This document shows, piece after piece, positions 9,254 to 17,419 of a stretch of DNA of 64,000 nt. Within the stretch, counting starts at the first letter, position 1. Each line of letters opens with the position of its first letter. A model generated the notes under the pieces. The model had not been told where the DNA came from. It was given only the letters and a program-made list of their open reading frames with translations, and did no database searches. The stretch lies in the NCBI GenBank assembly GCA_001794435.1, contig MGJU01000013.1, forward strand, positions 90,256-154,255, given 5' to 3'. This DNA comes from Candidatus Yanofskybacteria bacterium RIFCSPHIGHO2_02_FULL_43_17 (GTDB taxonomy: Bacteria > Patescibacteriota > Minisyncoccia > 2-02-FULL-40-12 > GWA2-44-9). The translations under genes were made by a program, and so were the position numbers.

Positions 9254-9933
9254 AAGTAGTTTTAATCGCTCCCACAATTAATGAAGTTGAAGGACTTCGA
9301 TGGACACTCCCTCGTTTGGATAAGAATATTATCAACGAGATTATTGTTGCCGATCGAAATTCTACTGATGGAACAGTAGAATACTGCAAAGAAAATGGCT
9401 ATCGCGTATACCACCAACAAAGCAGAGGTTATGGCAATGCGGTCATGGAAGTAATAGCCATGACTGACTCTGACATAATAGTAGAATTATGCCCCGACGG
9501 CAGTTCTATACCGGAAAGGGTTCCTGATTTAATTGCCAAAATAAATGAAGGGTATGATTTAGTTGTTGCTTCACGTTACAAAGACGGCGCCAAAAGTTAC
9601 GACGATGACGCAATAACTCGTCTTGGTAATTGGTTCTTCACAAAATTAATCAATATTTTGTTCCATGCCCGTTATACTGATGTTCTGGTGGGATTCAGGG
9701 CCTATAGGCGTTCAGCTTATAACAGCATCGGAATGAACACTCCTGCATGGGCTTGGACAGCCCAGCAGGCAATTCAATTTGCAAAAGCCGGTCTCAAGGT
9801 CGCCGAAATAGGAGTTGATGAGCCGGCCAGAATCGGCGGCAAACGCAAAATGAGTCCTTTCAAATCTGGCATGGAAATACTCCGCGTAATTATCAAAGAA
9901 TTTCTTGCCGGAAAAAGGTTCGCCAAGGTTTAG
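9232..9933 (+). CDS. family 2 glycosyltransferase
   Basis: VVLIAPTINEVEGL…IVADRNSTDGT…DxD-like region. 233 aa. Confidence 0.6.
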   Translation: MYSYKIMKVVLIAPTINEVEGLRWTLPRLDKNIINEIIVADRNSTDGTVEYCKENGYRVYHQQSRGYGNAVMEVIAMTDSDIIVELCPDGSSIPERVPDLIAKINEGYDLVVASRYKDGAKSYDDDAITRLGNWFFTKLINILFHARYTDVLVGFRAYRRSAYNSIGMNTPAWAWTAQQAIQFAKAGLKVAEIGVDEPARIGGKRKMSPFKSGMEILRVIIKEFLAGKRFAKV

Positions 9934-9967
9934 TTTAAATACTCATCCCTCCCCAAAAACGTAAAAG

Positions 9968-9996
9968 TTGACAAATATCAACACGCGTGCTATCTT
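9968..9996 (+). promoter_or_regulatory. sigma70-like promoter, TTGACA-17nt-TATCTT
   Basis: Perfect -35 hexamer, 17-nt spacer and a reasonable -10. It is followed by the RBS GGGGGGAGG and an ATG at 10069. Confidence 0.5.
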
Positions 9997-10068
9997 ATAT
10001 TTTAATAGTCTGGCCTACCTCAAAAGGGAGCTAGCCCAGATTATTCCTTGACAAAAAGAGGGGGGAGG

Positions 10069-10479
10069 ATGATCAGAGAAACTCTCGCTGTACAAACAGC
10101 AAGATTTTTAGTTCGAAACGGTTTTGGTTTCGCGGCAGGTAATTCTTGCTACATTGATTTCGATCAAATAGGTAATTGGGATTCAATCGGTGTTCTCGCA
10201 TCTATGATACCGGAACCAAATGATTCTTATAATCCTCTTCTGGCCTTAATTGGGTGTTCTAAGAGAACATTAAAACGAAGATTCTTGGGGACAATAAATT
10301 TCGGCAATAATAAAAATTGGGTTTTTGAAGTCGTCGGATTAGTGCCGGATGACCATCCTAGAATCAACCGGCTAGCAAAGCAAATGGCTAAGACTTTTAA
10401 GGTTAAGGTTGAAATTCTTCAAGTGAGTAACCAGCCCCTGACGGAGCATGATCCTGGTGATTTTCATTTCACGCACTAG
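10069..10479 (+). CDS. hypothetical small protein (about 137 aa), stand-alone transcription unit
   Basis: Strong RBS GGGGGGAGG 3-11 nt upstream of the ATG at 10069. The TTG at 10048 used by the ORF track is less likely. Promoter upstream and terminator hairpin downstream. No recognisable domain. Confidence 0.4.
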   Translation: MIRETLAVQTARFLVRNGFGFAAGNSCYIDFDQIGNWDSIGVLASMIPEPNDSYNPLLALIGCSKRTLKRRFLGTINFGNNKNWVFEVVGLVPDDHPRINRLAKQMAKTFKVKVEILQVSNQPLTEHDPGDFHFTH

Positions 10480-10517
10480 TGATTTTATCTCAATTAGTTG
10501 TATGGTGGTCAACATTT

Positions 10518-10559
10518 TTGCCTGATATGCCTATTGCAGTCAGGCAATTTTTTATTTTA
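10518..10559. terminator. bidirectional terminator hairpin (TTGCCTGA…TCAGGCAA followed by a T-run)
   Basis: 8-bp stem, 14-nt loop, TTTTTTATTTTA tail. It sits between convergent genes. Confidence 0.5.
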
Positions 10560-10580
10560 TCCGATCACACAAACAAAATC

Positions 10581-11891
10581 CTATTTCTTTAGTTTTTTTA
10601 CTAAATAAAAAAACGAGATAAAGTGGCTTAGCGCAAACCACGTGGTAACCATAATTACTGAGCCAAACAAGCCATAGGTTTTGATAAGCCACAGCCCCAA
10701 AGGAATACCTGCGCCAAGAATAACTGAATTTATCAATATTGAAACCTTGACCTTATTTATCGCCCGCCACATCGGCCCAAGTCCGACCCCGATACCGAAC
10801 AAAGCACCATATAAAATAAGTCCGAAAACATATTTAATGCTTGGCAAATAACTTTCGCCGTAAAGGATTTTAAACGCGATCGGCGAGACAACCGCCGCGC
10901 CGACAGTCAACAAAACCGACAATCCTAAAGAATAAAGGGAGACCTTCTTGAAATTGTCATACAACTGCCCCCTGTCCTCAATCTTAATTTTAGGAAATTC
11001 AACATTAAGCAAAACCGAAATAGGCCCGAGCAAACTCAATACAAGATTTGTATAGCCAAAGGCAAGTTTAAAAAATGACACCTCTGAAGCCGTAACATAA
11101 ACACCCGTAAGAATGACGGGCAAGGCCATATAAACATTGCCCATATTCCTATCCAGCGCCACCCAAAAAGTAAAGCCGAAATATTTTTTAAGATCAGCCC
11201 CGGCCACAGAATTTAAAAGGTGCCACAACTTTGGAAAAATCGGTTCACTTTTTGAAATATTATTAAACAACATGGCGGATACAACGAAAAGAATCATTGC
11301 CCCGGCCAATTGACCGCTAACAGCACCCATTACCCCAAATCCAATAAGAATAAAGACCAGAGACAATACATATCTCAACGACTGATCGGATAAAATAAGC
11401 AGGCCCAGCGACTTAACCCTTCCTGTAACCTGAAAAGAAGAATACGCAAGAGTGAACATGAGCGATGAAAAGACGGACGCAATAACCACAATAGCGGCAT
11501 AAACACCTATAACAGAATCGCCGTATAATCTATCCGCCATATTCGGCAAGAACGCGGAGATCAAAATAACAACAAGCGCGGCAATAAAAGTTATCTTAAG
11601 CATAAAACTCAAAATATTTTTGACCTCAACATCATCTTTTCTGGCGTAAGCCCTTCCCAGTAAACTAGATACGGCTTCTTGAATACCCATGCCCAACACC
11701 AAACTGGTCATACCGGCCATGCCGATAGCAAGGGCATAAATACCAAAAAGTTCCGGCTGAAGCAGTCGGGCGATAACTATGCCGATAACAGCCTGAACAA
11801 TAACTCCACTAAAACTTCCCGCCTGAAGGGTGGCCACTTTTCTGGCAAACCCATTCTGATAAAAATAGTTGAATTTTTTTACAAAATTCAT
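10581..11891 (-). CDS. polysaccharide biosynthesis protein of the MOP/Wzx flippase type
   Basis: 436 aa, about 12-14 hydrophobic helices, and organisation typical of Wzx-like oligosaccharide flippases. Confidence 0.55.
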   Translation of the reverse strand: MNFVKKFNYFYQNGFARKVATLQAGSFSGVIVQAVIGIVIARLLQPELFGIYALAIGMAGMTSLVLGMGIQEAVSSLLGRAYARKDDVEVKNILSFMLKITFIAALVVILISAFLPNMADRLYGDSVIGVYAAIVVIASVFSSLMFTLAYSSFQVTGRVKSLGLLILSDQSLRYVLSLVFILIGFGVMGAVSGQLAGAMILFVVSAMLFNNISKSEPIFPKLWHLLNSVAGADLKKYFGFTFWVALDRNMGNVYMALPVILTGVYVTASEVSFFKLAFGYTNLVLSLLGPISVLLNVEFPKIKIEDRGQLYDNFKKVSLYSLGLSVLLTVGAAVVSPIAFKILYGESYLPSIKYVFGLILYGALFGIGVGLGPMWRAINKVKVSILINSVILGAGIPLGLWLIKTYGLFGSVIMVTTWFALSHFISFFYLVKKLKK

Positions 11892-11916
11892 CGTACTTTA
11901 ATTAAACCACACCGTA

Positions 11917-11945
11917 TTGCCAAAAGCTAGAAAATTGATTATCTT
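11917..11945 (+). promoter_or_regulatory. possible promoter, TTGCCA-17nt-TATCTT, upstream of gmd
   Basis: Same hexamer architecture as the 9968 promoter. The leader would be very short, hence low confidence. Confidence 0.3.
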
Positions 11946-11958
11946 ATTGAGGTTGCCT

Positions 11959-12957
11959 ATGAAAAAGAGAGTGGCTTTAATTTTTGGTGTTACGGGCCAG
12001 GATGGGTCATATCTTACGGAATTACTTTTAAAAAAGGGGTATTTTGTTCATGGAATGATAAGGAGAGCATCCACCTTCAACACAGCCAGAGTTAATCATT
12101 TGTTTCAAGAAATTCATAAAAAAGGAAGGAAGTTCTTTATGTATTATGGCGACTTGGCTGATGCCGGCACTATCAGAAAAATAATTTACAAGGTCAAGCC
12201 ACACGAAATATACAACCTAGCCGCACAGAGCCATGTCAAGGTTTCGTTTGAGATTCCCGAATACACAATGGATATTACCGGCAACGGCGCCTTGAGAATT
12301 CTTGAAGCGATTAGGGATTTTCAATTAGAAACGGGAAGAAAAGTTAAATTTTATCAAGCATCATCGTCTGAAATGTTCGGCGTGTCCAAGCCGCCCCAAA
12401 ATGAGAATACGCCGTTTATCCCTCAAAGCCCATACGGCGCCGCAAAAGTATTTGCCTGCAACATGACAAAACTTTACAGAGACGCATACGGTTTGTTTGC
12501 GGTAAATGGAATACTTTTTAACCACGAAAGTCCTCGCCGGGGAGAAACATTCGTAACAAGAAAAATAACCAGAGGCATCGCCAGAATAAAAGCCGGTTTG
12601 GACAAAAAATTATACTTAGGCAACCTGGACGCCAAAAGAGATTGGGGTTACGCTCCGGAATTTTGCGAGGCAATGTGGCTGATGCTGCAACAGCCAAAAC
12701 CGGATGATTATGTCATTGGCACCGGCGAAACTCACACCGTAAAAGAATTCGTAGAATTGTCCTTCAAAGAAGCGGGCCTCGGTAATTGGAAAAAATATGT
12801 GGAAATTGATCCTCAATATTACCGGCCGGCTGAAGTTAATATCCTTATCGCTGATACAAAAAAGGCAAGGAGAGTGTTAAAATGGAAACCCAAAACTAAA
12901 TTCAAAGACCTTGTAAAAATAATGGTTTGGGACGATATTAATAACCTTAAAAAATAA
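11959..12957 (+). CDS. gmd: GDP-mannose 4,6-dehydratase
   Basis: [28 protein letters not shown]…; full-length extended-SDR Gmd signature. GAGG RBS upstream of the ATG at 11959, which I prefer to the TTG at 11917. Confidence 0.9.
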   Translation: MKKRVALIFGVTGQDGSYLTELLLKKGYFVHGMIRRASTFNTARVNHLFQEIHKKGRKFFMYYGDLADAGTIRKIIYKVKPHEIYNLAAQSHVKVSFEIPEYTMDITGNGALRILEAIRDFQLETGRKVKFYQASSSEMFGVSKPPQNENTPFIPQSPYGAAKVFACNMTKLYRDAYGLFAVNGILFNHESPRRGETFVTRKITRGIARIKAGLDKKLYLGNLDAKRDWGYAPEFCEAMWLMLQQPKPDDYVIGTGETHTVKEFVELSFKEAGLGNWKKYVEIDPQYYRPAEVNILIADTKKARRVLKWKPKTKFKDLVKIMVWDDINNLKK

Positions 12958-12960
12958 AAA

Positions 12961-13416
12961 ATGGCGGCAACAAATAATTACATCCCTGAAAAGATATATA
13001 AATCTTTATTAAAATATTCCCCCCGTGTTTGTGTGGATTTAGTTATTGTTAATGGAAAAAGGTTTTTGCTGGGCAAGAGAATAATTCCTCCAGCCAAAAA
13101 TCTTTGGTTGTTCATAGGCGGAAGAGTGTTAAAAGGAGAAACCAAAGAACAAGCCGTCAAAAGAAAATTTAGAGAAGAGTTGGGGGTTAAATCGGACCGC
13201 TTAAGCTTTAAACTTATCGGGGTTGAAGATTTGTTTCTTATGCACGATAAGCGCTTTTACCACGATCTGATCATTGTTTTTCTGGTTAAAACTAAAGAGG
13301 AGGAGTTTAAACATTTTGACAAGCGGCAGCATTCGCAACTCGCTTGGTTTGATAAAATAAACACCAACTGGCATCCCCACGTCAAGAAGATGCTAAAAAC
13401 GGCTGGTTTTAAATAA
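12961..13416 (+). CDS. Nudix hydrolase, GDP-mannose mannosyl hydrolase-like
   Basis: Nudix box GGRVLKGETKEQAVKRKFREELGV. Located immediately after gmd. Confidence 0.65.
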   Translation: MAATNNYIPEKIYKSLLKYSPRVCVDLVIVNGKRFLLGKRIIPPAKNLWLFIGGRVLKGETKEQAVKRKFREELGVKSDRLSFKLIGVEDLFLMHDKRFYHDLIIVFLVKTKEEEFKHFDKRQHSQLAWFDKINTNWHPHVKKMLKTAGFK

Positions 13417-14597
13417 TGGCAATCATAAAACTAATAAAATCAACTTTTTATAAAGAGAAGGAGACAAAAGCTCAATTAATGAGTTTTATTTCCTCGTCCA
13501 AACAATTGAGCTTCGGTCAAGAGTGTCTTAAATTTGAAGAAAATTTTGCCAGACATCAGGGTAGAAAATTCTCGGTTTTTTTTAATAGCGGCAGTTTCGC
13601 TAATTTGGCTTTAACGCAGGCGCTCCTAAATCTTGGGTGGCTAAAAAGAGGCGATCGGGCCGGTTTTTCTGCTCTGACTTGGTCAACAAATGTAATGCCT
13701 CTCATTCAGCTTGGGCTGGAACCGGTTCCAATCGATGTGGAACTGGATACGCTTAATGTGTCGAGTAAAAAACTGGGAAATATATTGGAAAATACCGGTT
13801 TAAAAACTTTTTTCATAACCAACCTCTTGGGACTTTGCGATGATATTGATAAAATAAAGAAAATATGTGAAAAGAAAAAAATAATTTTATTGGAAGACAA
13901 CTGTGAATCATTAGGAACTGTTTATAATGGCAAAAAATTAGGCAACTATGGCTTAGCAAGCACTTTTTCTTTTTTTGTAGGGCACCATATGTCAACTATC
14001 GAAGGTGGAGCCGTTTGTACCGATAATAAACAATTGGCCACCATGCTTAAAATGGTACGGGCTCACGGTTGGGACAGGAATTTAGATAAAACCGAACAGG
14101 AAAAATTTAGAAAAACACACAATATAAATAATTTTTATGCCCGTTACACCTTTTACGACCTAAGCTACAATCTTAGGCCAACAGAGATCAACGCATTCAT
14201 TGGAAACAGTCAACTAAAACACATCGATCAAGCAAATAATAAACGAAACGAAAATTTCCTTAAAATAGCCGACATAATTTATAAAAACAAAAAAAGATAT
14301 TATCCGATAAGATTCGATCACATAGATTTCTTGTCTAGCTTTGCGATACCAATCGTCTGCCGTTCAACAAAAATCAGGGATGACCTGTTGAAAAGGTGCG
14401 AGAACAAAATTGAAGTCCGCCCTATCGTAGCCGGCAATATTACAAAACAGCCGTTTTTCAAAAAATACCTGCCGAATCACGACAAAAGTTTTAAAAACCC
14501 AAACGCTGATCTTGTCCATAAACAGGGTTTTTATATAGGAAACAATCCCGAAATGACGGACAAAGAGATAAGCATAATAACAAAGATCCTTGCTTAA
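13416..14597 (+). CDS. DegT/DnrJ/EryC1-family PLP enzyme, GDP-4-keto-6-deoxy-D-mannose 3-dehydratase (ColD)-like
   Basis: DegT fold, but the active-site segment reads SFFVGHHMSTIEGG (His-His) instead of the PLP-binding Lys of aminotransferases. That substitution is the hallmark of ColD/E1-type 3-dehydratases. Confidence 0.6.
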   Translation: MAIIKLIKSTFYKEKETKAQLMSFISSSKQLSFGQECLKFEENFARHQGRKFSVFFNSGSFANLALTQALLNLGWLKRGDRAGFSALTWSTNVMPLIQLGLEPVPIDVELDTLNVSSKKLGNILENTGLKTFFITNLLGLCDDIDKIKKICEKKKIILLEDNCESLGTVYNGKKLGNYGLASTFSFFVGHHMSTIEGGAVCTDNKQLATMLKMVRAHGWDRNLDKTEQEKFRKTHNINNFYARYTFYDLSYNLRPTEINAFIGNSQLKHIDQANNKRNENFLKIADIIYKNKKRYYPIRFDHIDFLSSFAIPIVCRSTKIRDDLLKRCENKIEVRPIVAGNITKQPFFKKYLPNHDKSFKNPNADLVHKQGFYIGNNPEMTDKEISIITKILA

Positions 14598-15574
14598 TGA
14601 ACAGAACACCTTCGGTAAAAAAACAATATCTGAATTTAAGGAATAAAAAAATACTCGTTACCGGCGGAGCGGGATTTTTGGGTTCTCATGTCGTAAGAAA
14701 ATTAATCAAAAAAGGAGTACCTGAAAAAAACATCACTATCCCACGTTCCAGAAATTGCGATCTTCGCAAATTTGAAAATTGCCAAAAAGCAGTCAAGGGC
14801 CAAGACGTGGTAATTCATTTGGCGGCTAACGCAGGAAGCATAAGCTATAATATAAATAATCCGGCCACGTTGTTTTATGACAATATAACTATGAACACGA
14901 ATATGATCGAAGTATCAAGACAAGCGGGTATTGAAAAATTTGTAGCCATAGGAAGCATATGCTCATATCCAAAATCGGCTCCCATGCCGATAAGTGAGGA
15001 ATATTTTTGGAACGGTTATCCTGAAGAAACAAACGCTCCATACGGCCTGGCTAAAAAAATGCTGACCGTACAGCTACAGGCATACAAAAAACAATATAAT
15101 TTTAACGGCGTCTGCGTGATTTTAGCCAATATGTACGGGCCCGGAGACGAATTTGATCCGCTAAAATCACACGTCATCCCCGCTCTCATAAAAAAATTTA
15201 CGGATGCCAAACGGGATAATCAGCCATTTGTAGAAATATGGGGAACGGGCAAACCGACAAGAGATTTTTTCTATATTGAAGACGCGGCTGACAGTGTTAT
15301 TCTCGCAACCGAAAGATACAACAGCCCCGATCCTATAAATTTAGGTCCGGGAAAAGAAATCCCGATCAAAAAAATCGTAACAACAATTGCCGGCCTAACC
15401 GGCTTTAAGGGTAAGCTGATTTGGGACAAAGACAAACCAGATGGCCAGCCAAGGCGAGTTTTTAACACCGCAAAGGCCAAGAAGGAGTTGGGATTTAAAG
15501 CTAAGACAAGCCTTGAAACCGGATTAAAGAAAACAGTGGAATGGTATCTAATAAGTTCAGAAAATAGAAAATAG
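14597..15574 (+). CDS. GDP-L-fucose synthase-family reductase/epimerase (Fcl/ColC-like)
   Basis: ILVTGGAGFLGSHVV…, Fcl-like length (325 aa). It follows the ColD-like gene with a 1-nt overlap. Confidence 0.7.
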   Translation: MNRTPSVKKQYLNLRNKKILVTGGAGFLGSHVVRKLIKKGVPEKNITIPRSRNCDLRKFENCQKAVKGQDVVIHLAANAGSISYNINNPATLFYDNITMNTNMIEVSRQAGIEKFVAIGSICSYPKSAPMPISEEYFWNGYPEETNAPYGLAKKMLTVQLQAYKKQYNFNGVCVILANMYGPGDEFDPLKSHVIPALIKKFTDAKRDNQPFVEIWGTGKPTRDFFYIEDAADSVILATERYNSPDPINLGPGKEIPIKKIVTTIAGLTGFKGKLIWDKDKPDGQPRRVFNTAKAKKELGFKAKTSLETGLKKTVEWYLISSENRK

Positions 15575-15650
15575 TAAGTAGAAAATAGAATAAATCTTGA
15601 TTCTAATTTTCCAGATTCTACTTTCTAGATTCTAGCTTCTAGATTCTAAA
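15558..15650. repeat. heptamer-repeat inverted array (AGAAAAT/GTAGAAA copies, spacer, then 5 copies of nTTCTAn); family copy 1
   Basis: Direct reading: agaaaat agaaaat agtaagt agaaaat agaataa … attctac tttctag attctag cttctag attctaa. It overlaps the last codons of the Fcl-like CDS. Confidence 0.7.
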
Positions 15651-15652
15651 AA

Positions 15653-16714
15653 ATGAAGATTTGCTACTTAAACATAACCAAGCACATACCAGCCAGAGAT
15701 AGCTCATATCTAAAGGGGCTTAGGGAAAATGGCGTAGAAATAATAGATATTAGAGACCACACTCCAGGACTGAAAAAATTCAGCAACATATACAAACAAC
15801 ACAAGAGAGTCGCTAAAGATTACGATTTGTTGTGGGTTGGTTATTCGGCTCACATATTAGTGCCTTTTGCCCGCTTAATTACCAGAAAACCCGTGGTGTT
15901 TAATTCTCTGCTTTCTTTCTATGAAGGCAAGATAGTTTCTCGCAAACAAGGAGCTTGGTATTCCCCGATGGGTATTTACTGCTGGCTTGTAGATTTTTTG
16001 GCGTTCAATTCAGCCACCTTAAACCTTATTGAAAACCAGGCCACAATTGATTATATATCGAAAAAATTTTTAGTACCCAAAAGAAAAATGCTTCTGACGC
16101 ATACCGGAGTAAATGAAGACGATTTTTTTTATGACCCCTCTATACCCAAACTCCCCCAATTTACCGTTCTGTTCAGAGGAGCATTGCTGCCTGATTGCGG
16201 AATAGAATATTTTGTAGAAGCGGCAAAAATTCTGTCTAACGAAAATATAAAGTTTCGCTTGCTGGGAGACGGATTGCTGGCTCCAAAAGTAGAAAGCGCT
16301 TTAAAAACATTCGACAGCAAAAATTTTGAATGGATAAAAGAACGTCTTGATATTGCCGATCTTAGAAAGAAAATGCAGGAAACTCATCTTCAAATCGGAT
16401 GGCTGTCAGATGAACTCCGCTCCCTGCTTTCCGTTGAACATAAAACATTTGAAAGCTTAATAATGAAAATACCGTTTCTGCACGGAAGAACGCCCGGCAT
16501 TATGGAATTGCTTAAAGAAAATGAGACCGGATTTTATTGTAATTTGACGGATGCGCGAGATTTAGCCGATAAAATTTTAGAACTCAAAAACAACCCGGTG
16601 CTTCTAGGCCAGGTGGCTGAAAACGGATATGAATTATTCAACCGAAAATTAAGATCAAACATTTTAGCAAAAGTTGTCCTAGATCACCTCAAAAATAATA
16701 AAATTATTGCCTAA
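15653..16714 (+). CDS. putative GT-B fold glycosyltransferase (GT4-like C-terminal half)
   Basis: C-terminal region resembles the GT4 nucleotide-sugar binding half. The N-terminal half is divergent. Confidence 0.4.
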   Translation: MKICYLNITKHIPARDSSYLKGLRENGVEIIDIRDHTPGLKKFSNIYKQHKRVAKDYDLLWVGYSAHILVPFARLITRKPVVFNSLLSFYEGKIVSRKQGAWYSPMGIYCWLVDFLAFNSATLNLIENQATIDYISKKFLVPKRKMLLTHTGVNEDDFFYDPSIPKLPQFTVLFRGALLPDCGIEYFVEAAKILSNENIKFRLLGDGLLAPKVESALKTFDSKNFEWIKERLDIADLRKKMQETHLQIGWLSDELRSLLSVEHKTFESLIMKIPFLHGRTPGIMELLKENETGFYCNLTDARDLADKILELKNNPVLLGQVAENGYELFNRKLRSNILAKVVLDHLKNNKIIA

Positions 16715-16723
16715 ATAGTAAAC

Positions 16724-16746
16724 ATAAAACCCCGATTGGGGTTAGG
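16724..16746. terminator. bidirectional terminator hairpin AACCCC-GATT-GGGGTT
   Basis: 6-bp GC stem between convergent genes, with A/T-rich flanks. Confidence 0.5.
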
Positions 16747-16751
16747 AGATT

Positions 16752-17360
16752 CTAAGACAAGCCATCTTCTATTAAACCGCACAGAATATGTATTGCTTGC
16801 TGATGAACTTCCTGAATCAAAGCAGTATTTCTGCTTGGCGCGATAATTGCAACATCAACCACGCCAAGAAGGTATTTTGTCTTGGAACTAAAAAATCCTA
16901 TGTTTTTTGCGCCCCTTGTCATGGCTGTCTCAAAAGCGTTCCTTATGTTCCACGAGTGATCATCATCCGAGACATCGCTTACATCGCTTGTGGTAAATCC
17001 TATGGCAACATCTCCTCGCACAGCCAAAGCTTCAATTTGTCTTGCAAAAACAGAAGGAAATCCGAAATCATTGCTTTGAGCGGTCAAAATAGAGGAGTCG
17101 GTAGTTAAAGCAATGGCCGGTATTGCCTTTCTTCGTTTTTCAAACTGGCAAACCAATTCTGCCGCAAAATGCTGAGCTTGAGCGGCTGACCCCCCGTTGC
17201 CAAACATAAGAAACTTATTGCCCGACTTAATTGTTTCGTCCATAAGCAGATAAGCTCTTTTGATATTTTCATGAAAACCACGGTCATTTCTTAGCGTATT
17301 ATAAAGGCGAGATCTGTCGTCCAAATCATTTCTTATCTTATCTAGTGTTTGGTCTGGCAC
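16752..17360 (-). CDS. SIS-domain sugar phosphate isomerase, phosphoheptose isomerase GmhA-like
   Basis: LMFGNGGSAAQAQHFAAELV… SIS motif. 202 aa. Confidence 0.7.
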   Translation of the reverse strand: MPDQTLDKIRNDLDDRSRLYNTLRNDRGFHENIKRAYLLMDETIKSGNKFLMFGNGGSAAQAQHFAAELVCQFEKRRKAIPAIALTTDSSILTAQSNDFGFPSVFARQIEALAVRGDVAIGFTTSDVSDVSDDDHSWNIRNAFETAMTRGAKNIGFFSSKTKYLLGVVDVAIIAPSRNTALIQEVHQQAIHILCGLIEDGLS

Positions 17361-17419
17361 AACCTATCCTTTGTATGTTAAGTGGCTGGAGATGAATTTA
17401 ACAAAAAGTTAAAAAGGGG

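Noticed and set aside
10048-10068. TTG start at 10048 for the small hypothetical gene
   Set aside because: The G-rich Shine-Dalgarno (10058-10066) sits inside that extension and is ideally spaced for the ATG at 10069.
11917-11958. TTG start at 11917 giving Gmd a 14-aa N-terminal extension ([14 protein letters not shown])
   Set aside because: Gmd family proteins begin at the MKK…ALITG segment. There is a GAGG RBS correctly spaced before the ATG at 11959 and none before 11917. The extension probably falls in the promoter region.
15558-15650. Heptamer-repeat arrays as a possible CRISPR array
   Set aside because: The repeat unit is only 7 nt, with no unique spacers between units, the arrays are under 100 nt, and no cas genes are present. 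They are not CRISPR.
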